From Alphaproteobacteria bacterium (GTDB taxonomy: Bacteria; Pseudomonadota; Alphaproteobacteria; CALKHQ01), in contig CBDDFZ010000002.1 in the NCBI GenBank assembly GCA_965227515.1, positions 224,001-288,000 of the forward strand: 64,000 nt of DNA, in the 5' to 3' direction. Numbering within the stretch: the stretch's first letter is position 1; the number at the start of each line of letters is the position of its first letter. The position numbers were made by a program, and so were the translations under genes. Below are positions 28,269 to 37,689 of this stretch, piece by piece. The notes under the pieces were generated by a model. That model did not search any database and was not told the origin of the DNA. It saw only the letters and a list, made by a program, of their open reading frames with translations.

Positions 28269-29333
28269 ATGGTGAAATTCGGCGACCGCCAGATCGGCGA
28301 CGGCCACCCCTGCTTCATCACGTTCGAGGCGGGCCCCACCCACGATGGCCTGGACTCGGCGAAACGGCTGGTCGACCATGCCGCCGACGCTGGCGCCGAC
28401 GCGGTGAAGTTCCAGATCCTCGATCCCGACCGGCTGGTCGCCGACCGCACGGTGCCATTCTCCTACGAGGTGCTGGTGGACCGCGAGACCGGCGCCACCG
28501 AGCCGGTGACCGAGCCGCTCTACGACCTGTTGAAGCGGCGCGCACTCAGCGACGACGAGTGGCGCGCGGTGAAGGCGCATTCCGATGCGCGCGGGCTGGC
28601 CTTCTTCGCCACCGTCGGTTTCGACGACGAGGTCGATTTCCTGACCGAGCTGGGGTGCGATTCGATCAAGATTGCGTCCGCCGACGTCAACCACACCCCG
28701 CTGATCCGCCGGGCCGCGGAATCGGGCATGTGCCTGCAGCTCGACACCGGCAATTCGACCATTGGCGAGATCGAGGCGGCGGTCGACATCATCCGCGAGA
28801 CCGGCAACGACAACGTCATCATCCACCATTGCCCGTCCGGCTATCCGGCGCGGCTGGAGAGCATCAACCTCAACGTCATCCCGACGCTGAAGCGCATGTT
28901 CCCCTATCCCATCGCCTATTCCGACCACACGCCGGGGTGGGAGATGGACGTGGCCGCCCTGGCGATGGGGGTCAACCTGATCGAGAAATCGATCACCGAG
29001 GATCGCACCACGCGCTCCATCGAGCACATCTTCTCGCTGGAGCCGGCCGACATGGCCGCGTTCATGACCGTGGTGCGCGAGGTGGAGACCGCCATGGGCA
29101 CCACCCGCCGCATCATGCACGCGGCCGAGCGCGAGAAACGCATGGCGGTCAGGCGCAGCATCTCCGCCGCCCGCGATCTGCAGGCGGGACAGACCCTGGC
29201 GGCCGATGACCTGGACTACCGCAGGCCGGGCTTCGGCATCCCGCCGAACGAGGTCGACCGTGTGATCGGCCAGCGCCTGCGCGCGGCCAAGCCCGCGGGC
29301 GAGGCCTTCGCCTGGACCGATTTCGAGGTCTAG
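28269..29333 (+). CDS. N-acetylneuraminate synthase (NeuB/SpsE) family protein, atypical
   Basis: EAGPTHDG, ADAVKFQ, KIASAD, CPSGYP, YSDHT, C-terminal SAF domain (RRS...RPG.GI.P); EKS replaces EKH. Confidence 0.9.
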   Translation: MVKFGDRQIGDGHPCFITFEAGPTHDGLDSAKRLVDHAADAGADAVKFQILDPDRLVADRTVPFSYEVLVDRETGATEPVTEPLYDLLKRRALSDDEWRAVKAHSDARGLAFFATVGFDDEVDFLTELGCDSIKIASADVNHTPLIRRAAESGMCLQLDTGNSTIGEIEAAVDIIRETGNDNVIIHHCPSGYPARLESINLNVIPTLKRMFPYPIAYSDHTPGWEMDVAALAMGVNLIEKSITEDRTTRSIEHIFSLEPADMAAFMTVVREVETAMGTTRRIMHAAEREKRMAVRRSISAARDLQAGQTLAADDLDYRRPGFGIPPNEVDRVIGQRLRAAKPAGEAFAWTDFEV

Positions 29334-29343
29334 TTCCTCTCGC

Positions 29344-29973
29344 ATGGGCGAACTTGCGATCATCGACTACGGCATGGGCAACCTGCTGTCCGTTGCCAAT
29401 GCGCTGGCGGAGATCGGCCATCCGGGCGAGTTGGTCGAGGACCCCGACGCGGTGGCAGGCTACGACCGTGTCGTGCTGCCCGGTGTCGGGGCGTTCGCCG
29501 AGGCCATCGACCATCTGCGCGCCTCCGGCATGGCGCCCGCCCTGGACAGCCACGTGAAGGCGGGCAAGCCCCTGCTCGGCATCTGCCTTGGCATGCAGCT
29601 CATCTGCCGCTCGTCCACCGAGGACGGAGAGCACGAGGGGCTGGGCTGGGTCGATGCGCCGGTGGTCGGATTTCCAGCCGGCAACGGCCTGAAAGTGCCG
29701 CATATGGGCTGGAACAGCCTGCATCTGGAGGGCGAGCACCCGGTGTTCGACGGTATCGAGAGCGGCAACGACGTCTATTTCGTGCATTCCTACTATGTCG
29801 ACCCGACGGCCGAGACCATGGGCGCGCCCGGCGTGCTGGCAACCGCGACCCACGGGGTGTCGTTCGCCGCGGTGGTGGCGGTCGGCAACGTCGTCGGCAT
29901 GCAGTTCCACCCGGAAAAGAGCCAGCGCGTGGGCCTGAAGCTCTTGGAAAATTTCATCACCCGTGCCGGATAG
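29344..29973 (+). CDS. hisH: HisH-family glutamine amidotransferase (paralog 3)
   Basis: DYGMGN, LGICLGMQ, KVPHMGWN, YFVHSY, QFHPEKSQ. Confidence 0.93.
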   Translation: MGELAIIDYGMGNLLSVANALAEIGHPGELVEDPDAVAGYDRVVLPGVGAFAEAIDHLRASGMAPALDSHVKAGKPLLGICLGMQLICRSSTEDGEHEGLGWVDAPVVGFPAGNGLKVPHMGWNSLHLEGEHPVFDGIESGNDVYFVHSYYVDPTAETMGAPGVLATATHGVSFAAVVAVGNVVGMQFHPEKSQRVGLKLLENFITRAG

Positions 29974-29981
29974 ACTGGTTA

Positions 29982-30773
29982 TTGCTTAAGAAGCGGCTCA
30001 TTGCGGTCTTGATCCTGCGCGACGGCCAGGTGGTGCAGTCGGTGCGGTTCAAGCACACCAACGTCATCCACTACGACCCGGTCCACGCGGTCGAGGCATT
30101 CAACAAGTGGGCGGTGGACGAACTGGTGATGCTGAACGTCAGCCGCGATGCGGCGGGGCGCGACAAGTTCGCCGCATCCATCCGTGCCGTGTCGCGCCAC
30201 TGCTTCGTGCCGATGACCGCCGGCGGCTGGATCACCGATGCCGGCTACGCGCGCGAGGTGCTGCGCAGCGGCGCCGACAAGCTGGTGGTGAACACGGCGA
30301 TCGCCGACGATCCCGATCTGGTGCGCACGCTGGCGCGGCGCTACGGCCGCCAGTGCATCGTCGGCTCGATGGACGTGAAGCGCGATGATGACGGAACGCC
30401 CGGCGTGATGGTGGATCGGGGGCAACGACCGGCCACGACGCCGGATGGTGCGACCGACCCGGTGTCGTGGGCGCGCTATGCGACGTCGCTGGGCTGCGGC
30501 GAGATCTTCTTCAACTCCATCGACCATGACGGCGCGCGCCGCGGCTATGACCTGGAAACCCTCGGCGCCGTATGCGATGCCGTCGACGTGCCGGTGATCG
30601 CCTTCGGCGGCGTCTTCACCTGGAAGCACATGGTCGAAGGGCTCCAGGCCGGCGCCGAAGCGGTGGCCGCCGCCAACATCTTCCACTACACCGAGCACGC
30701 CACCAAGAAGGCGAAATCGTTCCTGGCCCGCGCCGGCATGGACGTTCGCCTCGAAGGCCGCATCGGCGCATGA
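29982..30773 (+). CDS. hisF: HisF-like protein (paralog 3)
   Basis: VDEL, TAGGWI, GADKLVVNT, GCGEI..NSIDHDG, GYDL, AANIFH. Confidence 0.9.
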   Translation: MLKKRLIAVLILRDGQVVQSVRFKHTNVIHYDPVHAVEAFNKWAVDELVMLNVSRDAAGRDKFAASIRAVSRHCFVPMTAGGWITDAGYAREVLRSGADKLVVNTAIADDPDLVRTLARRYGRQCIVGSMDVKRDDDGTPGVMVDRGQRPATTPDGATDPVSWARYATSLGCGEIFFNSIDHDGARRGYDLETLGAVCDAVDVPVIAFGGVFTWKHMVEGLQAGAEAVAAANIFHYTEHATKKAKSFLARAGMDVRLEGRIGA

Positions 30774-30801
30774 ACACGGGACCCGAAGGACACGACTGCT
30801 G

Positions 30802-32091
30802 ATGGACTATTGCGCGCGCTGCCTCTATCCGGCCAACGCCAAGCCCACCATCATCTTCGACGACGAAGGTGTGTGCAGCGGCTGCCGCTACCACGAATCG
30901 CGCGGCGGGCTGGAGATCGGCTGGGAGGAGCGGCAGGAGATGCTGCAGGAAATCCTCGACGAGGCGAAGGCCCTGGCGAAGGAGCGCGGCAATCCACATG
31001 ACTGCATCGTGCCGGTCAGCGGCGGCAAGGACTCGCACTTCCAAGTGTGGGTGCTGCAGGAAAAGTACGGCATGAACCCGCTGATGGTGCACTTCAACCA
31101 CGTGTTCAATGCGCCGTCGGGCCTGCGCAATCTGTCCAACCTGGCCGAGAAATCCGGCGCGGACCTGATCTGCTACCACGCCGGCGTCGCGTCGGTGCGC
31201 AAGATCAGCCGCTACATGCTGGAGCGGGTGGGCGACCTGACCTGGCACTATCACGCCGGCATCCGCACCGTGCCGTTCCAGGTGGCGGTGCAGCACAACA
31301 TTCCGCTGATCGTCTGGGGCGAGCACGGCTTCGCCGAGCTGACCGGTCTGGTCACGCTGGAGGACTTCGTCGAGTACACCAAGTGGTCGCGCAAGGAACA
31401 CGATATGCGCGGGGTGGAGGCGCACGAGCTGATCGGCCAGGCCGGCATCACCGAGCACGACATCGCGCCTTACGTGTTCCCGGAGGACGAGGACATCGAG
31501 CGCACCGAGGTGCGCGGCATCTACCTGTCCAACTTCTTCGACTGGAACGCCAAGTCCCAGGGCGAGAAGATGATCGAGACCTGGGACTTCGGCACCATCG
31601 CGTTCGAGCGCGACCGCACGTTCAACCTCTATGCCAAGATCGACGACCACGCCAACGACGTGCACGACTACCTGAAGTACCTGAAGTTCGGCTACGGGCG
31701 GGCCACCGACGACGCCAGCATGGAGATCCGCCACGGCCGGATGACGCGCGAGGAGGGCATGGCGATGGTGGCGCGCTACGACGCGCGCGAGCCCTCGACC
31801 CTGGCCGACTATTGCGACTTCCTCGGCATCACCGTGGATGCGTTCTACGACCTGGTGGAGCCGATGCGCGACCCACAGATCTGGGCGAAAGAGGGTGGCC
31901 GCTGGGTCGCCACCGACAGTGTCGACCGCCATGCCGTCGGCCCGCGCGAGGAGGCGGCGCGGGTGGCGCAGTCCAACGACCGGGTGCTCGACGACCGCAA
32001 CCGTCATCTCTACTTCAACCCGGACAATCCGCCCCTGCCGACCGGCGAGCCGGCGCGGGACGTGAAGCCGACCACCTTCCAGGTGATGTAG
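30802..32091 (+). CDS. N-acetyl sugar amidotransferase 4
   Basis: CARCLYP, GVCSGC, DCIVPVSGGKDS, YLKFGYGRATD. Confidence 0.92.
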   Translation: MDYCARCLYPANAKPTIIFDDEGVCSGCRYHESRGGLEIGWEERQEMLQEILDEAKALAKERGNPHDCIVPVSGGKDSHFQVWVLQEKYGMNPLMVHFNHVFNAPSGLRNLSNLAEKSGADLICYHAGVASVRKISRYMLERVGDLTWHYHAGIRTVPFQVAVQHNIPLIVWGEHGFAELTGLVTLEDFVEYTKWSRKEHDMRGVEAHELIGQAGITEHDIAPYVFPEDEDIERTEVRGIYLSNFFDWNAKSQGEKMIETWDFGTIAFERDRTFNLYAKIDDHANDVHDYLKYLKFGYGRATDDASMEIRHGRMTREEGMAMVARYDAREPSTLADYCDFLGITVDAFYDLVEPMRDPQIWAKEGGRWVATDSVDRHAVGPREEAARVAQSNDRVLDDRNRHLYFNPDNPPLPTGEPARDVKPTTFQVM

Positions 32092-32093
32092 CC

Positions 32094-32720
32094 GTGGCGA
32101 CGAAGCAGGTTGAGTTCTGGCGTTCCGAGTTCGGTATCGACTACGCCCGGCGTAACGCGAACCAGATCACCGACGACGGCATGCGCCGGCTGATGCGCGA
32201 CTGGGGCCGCATGCTGGCTCATGCGGTGACGCCGAAGCCGGAAAGCGTGCTGGAGGTCGGCTGCAACATCGGCCGCAATCTGCTGGCGCTGCGCCACTTC
32301 GTGGAGCGGCTGCATGCGGTGGAGCCGAACCCGGCCGCGGTCGGCGAGGCGCGCGCGGCACCAGGCCTGGATCAGGCCGATATCCGCGAGGGCGCGGGCG
32401 ACGCCCTGCCGCATGGGGACGCCAGCATCGACCTCGTGTTCACATCTGGCGTGCTGATCCACGTCGCGCCCGACGACCTGGGCCGGGTGACGGACGAGAT
32501 CGTGCGGGTGGCGCGTCACTATGTGCTCTGCATCGAGTACTTTTCGCACGAGCCGGCGGAGGTGCGTTACCACGGCCGCGACGGCTTCCTGTTCAAGCGC
32601 GATTTCGGCCGCTTCTACCTGGAGCGTTATCCGGGCCTTCGGGTGGTGGACTATGGCTTCCTGTGGCAGCCCTTGGACTCCAGCGACAACTCGAACTGGT
32701 GGCTGTTTGCCAAGTCGTGA
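32094..32720 (+). CDS. Pseudaminic acid biosynthesis-associated methylase
   Basis: Q..FW..EFG..Y..RN, LEVGCNIGRNL, DLVFTSGVLIH, LFKRDF, DYGF, WWLF.K. Confidence 0.9.
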   Translation: MATKQVEFWRSEFGIDYARRNANQITDDGMRRLMRDWGRMLAHAVTPKPESVLEVGCNIGRNLLALRHFVERLHAVEPNPAAVGEARAAPGLDQADIREGAGDALPHGDASIDLVFTSGVLIHVAPDDLGRVTDEIVRVARHYVLCIEYFSHEPAEVRYHGRDGFLFKRDFGRFYLERYPGLRVVDYGFLWQPLDSSDNSNWWLFAKS

Positions 32721-33433
32721 GCGATGCGCGGACCGACACGCTGTGCCTGATCCCGGCCAAGGGCGGCTCGACCCGGCTGGCGCAGAAGAACATCCGCAAG
32801 CTGGGCGGCCGGTCGCTGCTGGCCTGGGCGGCCGCGGCGGCCCGCGACAGCGCGCTGTTCGAGCGCATCGTGGTCTCGACCGAGGACACGGCGGTCGCGG
32901 ACGAGGCGCGGGCGCTGGGTCTGGACGTGCCGTTCATGCGCCCAATGGCGCTGGCCCGCGACCCGGCGGGCGTGGTGGACGTGGCGCTGCACGCATTGGA
33001 CGCGTTGGAGGCCGCCGGCACCGCATACCGGAAGCTGGTCATCCTGCTGCCGACATGCCCGTTTCGCACCGGCGATGACGTGCGTGCCGCCTGGGACCTG
33101 TTTCACGACCGCAATGCGGTATCGCTGATGAGCGTATCGGAGTTCGACCACACGCCGTTTGCCGCCCAGGCCATCGACGCGGACGGCATGCTCGTCGCGC
33201 ACTTCCCGCAGTGGTTCGGCAAGAAATCGCAGGAAATGCCCGCCGCCTACCGTCCCAACAGCGCGATCCACATCCTCGATGTCGACCGGCTTCGCGAGAC
33301 CCGGTCCTATATCGCGCCGCCGGTGCTGGCCTATGTGATGCCGCGCGAACGCTCGATCGATATCGACACGGCCGACGATCTCTATTTGGCGGAAGCGATG
33401 CTCGCGCGGCGGGCCGATGAGGGTGCGCCATGA
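32717..33433 (+). CDS. pseF: CMP-nonulosonate synthetase (NeuA/PseF family)
   Basis: IPAKGGSTRL..KNI, VSTED, PFMRP..LA.D, LPTCPFR, SIDIDT..D. Confidence 0.85.
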   Translation: MSDARTDTLCLIPAKGGSTRLAQKNIRKLGGRSLLAWAAAAARDSALFERIVVSTEDTAVADEARALGLDVPFMRPMALARDPAGVVDVALHALDALEAAGTAYRKLVILLPTCPFRTGDDVRAAWDLFHDRNAVSLMSVSEFDHTPFAAQAIDADGMLVAHFPQWFGKKSQEMPAAYRPNSAIHILDVDRLRETRSYIAPPVLAYVMPRERSIDIDTADDLYLAEAMLARRADEGAP

Positions 33434-34935
33434 TGCTGGTGATCCGCGCCGATGCCGGGCCGCAGATCGGCGCCGGCCATGTGGTGCGCAGCGCGGCGCT
33501 GGCGACGGCCCTCGTGGCGCGCGGCTGGCAGGCGACCTTCGCGGCAACCGCTGGGGCAGCGGCCAGCGTCAAGGCAGCCAGCGGCGGCATGCCGGTGCTG
33601 TCGCTGCACGGCCTGGCGGAGGACGAAGCCGCCGAGCTTGCCGCCGCCATGCCCGGTGGCTGCGACCTGCTGCTGGTGGACCATTACGGGCGCGGCGATG
33701 GGTTCGAGCGGGCGTGCCGTGGCTGGGCGCGCCGGGTCGCCGTGATCGACGACCTGCCGACCAGGCCGCACGCTTGCGACGTCCTCGTCGACCCCACCGC
33801 CGGCCGTGACCGTGCCGCTTACGGTGGGCTTGTGCCGCCCGACACCGACGTGCTGACCGGCGCCATGTACGCGCCGGTGCGACCGGCCTTCGCTGCCGCG
33901 CGATGGCGGATGGCGGCCGATGGATTGGCCGGCAGCGGCCTGGCAACCCGGATATTCGTTTCCTTCGGCGCCACCGACCCCGCCAACGGCTGCGGGCTGG
34001 CATTGGCGGCGCTGGAAGGGCTGGAGGCCGACGCCCCCATTCACATCGACGTTGCGCTGACCGGACTGGCGGAGCACCTGGACGACGTCCGCCAGCGCGC
34101 GGCGGTGAGCCGGCACGAGGTCCGCTTGTTGATCGACAGCCCGGACTACGTCGCCGCGATGGCGGCGGCCGATATCGCCATCGGCGGCGGCGGCAGTTCG
34201 GCCTGGGAACGCTGCATTCTCGGCAAGCCGACCGTCGCGATCCCGATTGCCGACAACCAGCGCGATGTTGTCCAGGCACTGGCCGTGGCGGGTGCCGCCA
34301 TCGTGCTGCCGTCGCTGGACGGGCGCGCACTGTGCGCCGCGGTCGCCGCGCTGGTCCACGACAGGCCCCGCCGCCGGGCGATGGCCGAGGCCGCGATCAG
34401 GCTCTGCGATGGGCTTGGCGTCGCCCGGGTGGCGCTGGCGTTGGGGTCACCGGCGCGCACCAGCCAAGGTGCCGCGATCACGCTGCGGCCAATGGCCGAC
34501 GACGATGCGCAGATCATGCTTTCCTGGCAGCGCGACCCGTCGACCCGGCGGCATGCGCGCGATCCGTCGATCCCCACCGAGGCGGAGCACGCGCACTGGT
34601 TCGGCCGCAAGCGCAGCGATCCCGCGTCGATCATCCATATCCTGGAGGTCGAGGGCAGCCCGGCCGGCGTGCTGCGCCTGGAGCATCGCCCGCACCTGGA
34701 CGGCTTCGAGGTCTATATCGTGGTGGCCAGCGCGTGGCGCGGTCAGGGCGTTGGCGACGCAGCACTTGGCTTTGCCCGCGACCTGCTGCCGGACCAGGAT
34801 CTGCACGCCTACATCCTGCCCGACAACGCGGCGTCGCGGCGGCTGTTCATGGCCGCCGGATACCGCCCACAGGCCGATTGCTGGTACGTCCAGCCGGCAC
34901 ACCCCCAACCGCAGGCCGAGCGTCGCCATGCCTGA
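33430..34935 (+). CDS. pseG: PseG UDP-sugar hydrolase fused to PseH-like GNAT acetyltransferase
   Basis: RADA...[36 protein letters not shown]; C-terminal GNAT (H..WF, WRGQGVG, N.ASRRLF..AGY). Confidence 0.9.
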   Translation: MMLVIRADAGPQIGAGHVVRSAALATALVARGWQATFAATAGAAASVKAASGGMPVLSLHGLAEDEAAELAAAMPGGCDLLLVDHYGRGDGFERACRGWARRVAVIDDLPTRPHACDVLVDPTAGRDRAAYGGLVPPDTDVLTGAMYAPVRPAFAAARWRMAADGLAGSGLATRIFVSFGATDPANGCGLALAALEGLEADAPIHIDVALTGLAEHLDDVRQRAAVSRHEVRLLIDSPDYVAAMAAADIAIGGGGSSAWERCILGKPTVAIPIADNQRDVVQALAVAGAAIVLPSLDGRALCAAVAALVHDRPRRRAMAEAAIRLCDGLGVARVALALGSPARTSQGAAITLRPMADDDAQIMLSWQRDPSTRRHARDPSIPTEAEHAHWFGRKRSDPASIIHILEVEGSPAGVLRLEHRPHLDGFEVYIVVASAWRGQGVGDAALGFARDLLPDQDLHAYILPDNAASRRLFMAAGYRPQADCWYVQPAHPQPQAERRHA

Positions 34936-36037
34936 TCCCGCATCCATATCCCCCGCAGCATCCATGTCCCCGGCGGCCATATCCCCTGCAGCCGTTTCTA
35001 TTGCAGGGCGTGCCATCGGCCGCGACGAGCCGCCCTATATCGTCGCCGAGCTCTCGGGCAACCACAATGGCGACCTGGAGCGCGCCAAGGCGATCGTGAG
35101 CGCGGCGGCCGAGGCCGGCGCCGACGCTGTGAAGCTGCAGACCTATACCGCCGACACCATCACCATCGACCACGACGGCCCAGGCTTCAAGATCGAGGGC
35201 GGCCTGTGGCACGGCCGCACCCTGCACGAGCTCTATGACGAGGCGCATACGCCGTGGGACTGGCACCCGGCCCTGTTCGCGCACGCCCGCGCGCTGGGCC
35301 TCGCCATCTTCAGCGCGCCGTTCGACCACAGCGCCGTCGACTTCCTGCAGACGCTGGATGCGCCGGCCTACAAGATCGCGTCGTTCGAGCTGATCGACCT
35401 GCCCCTGGTGCGCAAGGTGGCGGCGACCGGCAAGCCGATGATCATGTCGACGGGCCTTGCCAATCTGGACGAGATCGAAGAGGCGCTGGCTGCGGCGCGG
35501 CAGGGCGGCGCGCGCGACATCGTCATCCTGCATTGCGTCAGCGGCTACCCGACGCCGGCCGGCGACGCCAATCTGCGCACGATCCTGGACCTTGCCGCCC
35601 GCACGGGCGTGCAGGTGGGGCTGTCCGACCACACGATGGGCACCGCGGTGTCGACCGCGGCGGTCGCGCTGGGCGCCACCATGATCGAGAAACACGTCAC
35701 TCTGGCGCGCGCGGACGGCGGCCCGGACTCCGCGTTCTCGCTGGAGCCGCCCGAGCTGGCGACCCTGGTCGCGGACTGCCGCACCGCCTGGCAGGCGCTC
35801 GGAGAGCCCACGTACAGCCTGAAGGGCAGCGAAACCGGCAATGTCGGCTTCCGACGCTCGCTCTATGTGGTGGCCGATATTCCACAGGGCGCGGAACTGA
35901 CCGCCGAGAACGTCCGCTCGATCCGGCCCGGCCATGGCTTGGCCCCGAAGCATCTGCCCGACGTGCTGGGGCGGCGTGCCGCCGTGGCGATATCGCGGGG
36001 GACGCCGCTGGCCTGGGACCTGGTCGCACAAGACTGA
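34928..36037 (+). CDS. pseI: Pseudaminic acid synthase
   Basis: [70 protein letters not shown]; true start may be ATG 34964. Confidence 0.93.
   Translation: MPDPASISPAASMSPAAISPAAVSIAGRAIGRDEPPYIVAELSGNHNGDLERAKAIVSAAAEAGADAVKLQTYTADTITIDHDGPGFKIEGGLWHGRTLHELYDEAHTPWDWHPALFAHARALGLAIFSAPFDHSAVDFLQTLDAPAYKIASFELIDLPLVRKVAATGKPMIMSTGLANLDEIEEALAAARQGGARDIVILHCVSGYPTPAGDANLRTILDLAARTGVQVGLSDHTMGTAVSTAAVALGATMIEKHVTLARADGGPDSAFSLEPPELATLVADCRTAWQALGEPTYSLKGSETGNVGFRRSLYVVADIPQGAELTAENVRSIRPGHGLAPKHLPDVLGRRAAVAISRGTPLAWDLVAQD
34940..34990 (+). repeat. Short degenerate in-frame tandem repeat at the 5' end of pseI
   Basis: gcatccatatcccccgca / gcatccatgtccccggcg / gccatatcccctgca encode [17 protein letters not shown]. 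Confidence 0.6.
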
Positions 36038-37689
36038 TGCTGATGCGCGCGACCCACGACTATTCGACCGCCTATGGCGGAACGTCGCTCGCGGATGCGC
36101 AGGGCGTCGGCCAGGTGCAGCCGCTCGATGCCGCGCTGTTGTCGGCCGAGACGCTTTCCCAATGGTCGGCGGGTTTCCGCTGGCCGGTTTCCGACGCCGC
36201 GTTCGATGGCTTCGCTTCAGCGGTGGCCGGGCGATTTCGCGATGCCGTGGCCGATGCCGAACCGGGTGACGCCGAACTGCTGTTCGCCGATTTCGGGTTC
36301 GTGGGTTTCCTGATCCAGCATTTCCACATCGTGGCCGCGGCCGCCGCCTTCCAGGCTGCCGGTACCACGCCCCGGGCAGGTGCCGTGACCGCCGGGCACC
36401 TGGACCCGGAGTGGGACAAGCTCGCTGTTGCGTTCCAGCGTCGCGCCCCCGTAGCGGAGCGCATCCGCCTGGCCGCGCGCGGCGCCGCAAAGGGCTGGTT
36501 GCTGAACCGTCACGCCGGTGCCGTGGCGCGTGTCGCCGCTGCAATGGGTGGAGGCCCGGTGGCGGTGGCCGGCAGCTTCTCGCCGTTGATGGCGGACATG
36601 CTGGCGGGCGAGGCCATGGCCGCGCACCACATCTACGTGGACCGATACTTGGCCGGAACGCGCCAGCCGGCACCGATCAGCGCCAGGCTGGAGGCCGCCA
36701 TCGACGACTTGCTCGGAAACATCGCCGCCGCCGGAGAGACGCATCTTGGTGCGACGGCCGACATGGCGCCTGCGCGCGCCTGCTGGCGCCGCCGGCTTGC
36801 CGACCTGGCGGCGATCCGCCCGCTGCTCGACCGCACGGTCACCGGCGCGCGGGGCCTGTTCCTAGCCAACCTCGGCAACCCGCTGCACCGGCTGATGGCC
36901 GCGGCCTGGCGGGCGCAGGGCAGGGAAGTGGTTGGCTTCCACCACGGCAACACCATGGGTGAGCTGCCCAACCCCATGACCGCGCTGGCCGAGCTGGATG
37001 TTTGCGACACCTTCGTCACGCCGACCGCGCAATCGGTGGCGTGGTTTGCGCGCATTCACGACGAGGGGCCGCACGTGCGTGACGTGCGGTTCGTTTCCGC
37101 CGACACGTCGCTCTACCGGGACTGGCGGCGGACGCTGTCGGCGCAGATGCAGACGCCTGCGAAGACCGTGATGGTGGTCGGCTTTCCGCTGTCGTGGCTG
37201 CGCTATCCCGCCCATGCCGCGCACTTCGCGCTGCTCCAGCTCGACCTGGAGTTCAGGCTGGTCGCCGAACTGCGCGCCCAGGGCTATCGGGTTCTGATGA
37301 AGGTGCACCCGGAATGGCGCGGCCTTGCCACCCGCCTGTGGGACGGCCACGCCGACGAGGTGCTGGCCGACCCGATGGAGGCGTGCTGGCAGCGCGCCGA
37401 TGCGTTCGTCTTCCCGCGCACGTCGTCGACCACGTTCGGCTTCTGCCTCTGCACCGACCGTCCGGTGGTGGTGCTGGATGTCGCCGCGCAGGCATGGCAC
37501 GCCGATGCGCGCGATCTGCTCGCGCGGCGCTGCGCGATGGTGCCCGCCCATGTGGATGGCGACAACCGCGTGCGCTTCGACCGCGACGCGCTGCTGGCCG
37601 CATTGGCGCAGCCCGCCACGGATATCGACTATGCCTTCGTTGAGCAGGCCATGTATCCAGCCGCAGTGCCAAGCCCCGAGGCGGCATGA
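36037..37689 (+). CDS. Hypothetical GT-B-like protein with HP motif (candidate Pse transferase)
   Basis: Coupled to the pseI stop (TGATG); GFHHG, LMKVHPE, ADAFVF...STTF...L.TDRPVV. Confidence 0.7.
   Translation: MLMRATHDYSTAYGGTSLADAQGVGQVQPLDAALLSAETLSQWSAGFRWPVSDAAFDGFASAVAGRFRDAVADAEPGDAELLFADFGFVGFLIQHFHIVAAAAAFQAAGTTPRAGAVTAGHLDPEWDKLAVAFQRRAPVAERIRLAARGAAKGWLLNRHAGAVARVAAAMGGGPVAVAGSFSPLMADMLAGEAMAAHHIYVDRYLAGTRQPAPISARLEAAIDDLLGNIAAAGETHLGATADMAPARACWRRRLADLAAIRPLLDRTVTGARGLFLANLGNPLHRLMAAAWRAQGREVVGFHHGNTMGELPNPMTALAELDVCDTFVTPTAQSVAWFARIHDEGPHVRDVRFVSADTSLYRDWRRTLSAQMQTPAKTVMVVGFPLSWLRYPAHAAHFALLQLDLEFRLVAELRAQGYRVLMKVHPEWRGLATRLWDGHADEVLADPMEACWQRADAFVFPRTSSTTFGFCLCTDRPVVVLDVAAQAWHADARDLLARRCAMVPAHVDGDNRVRFDRDALLAALAQPATDIDYAFVEQAMYPAAVPSPEAA

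Noticed and set aside
193-30773. hisH/hisF as a histidine biosynthesis operon
   Set aside because: No other his genes; each pair is coupled to an N-acetyl-sugar amidotransferase and the HisF proteins lack the catalytic Asp.
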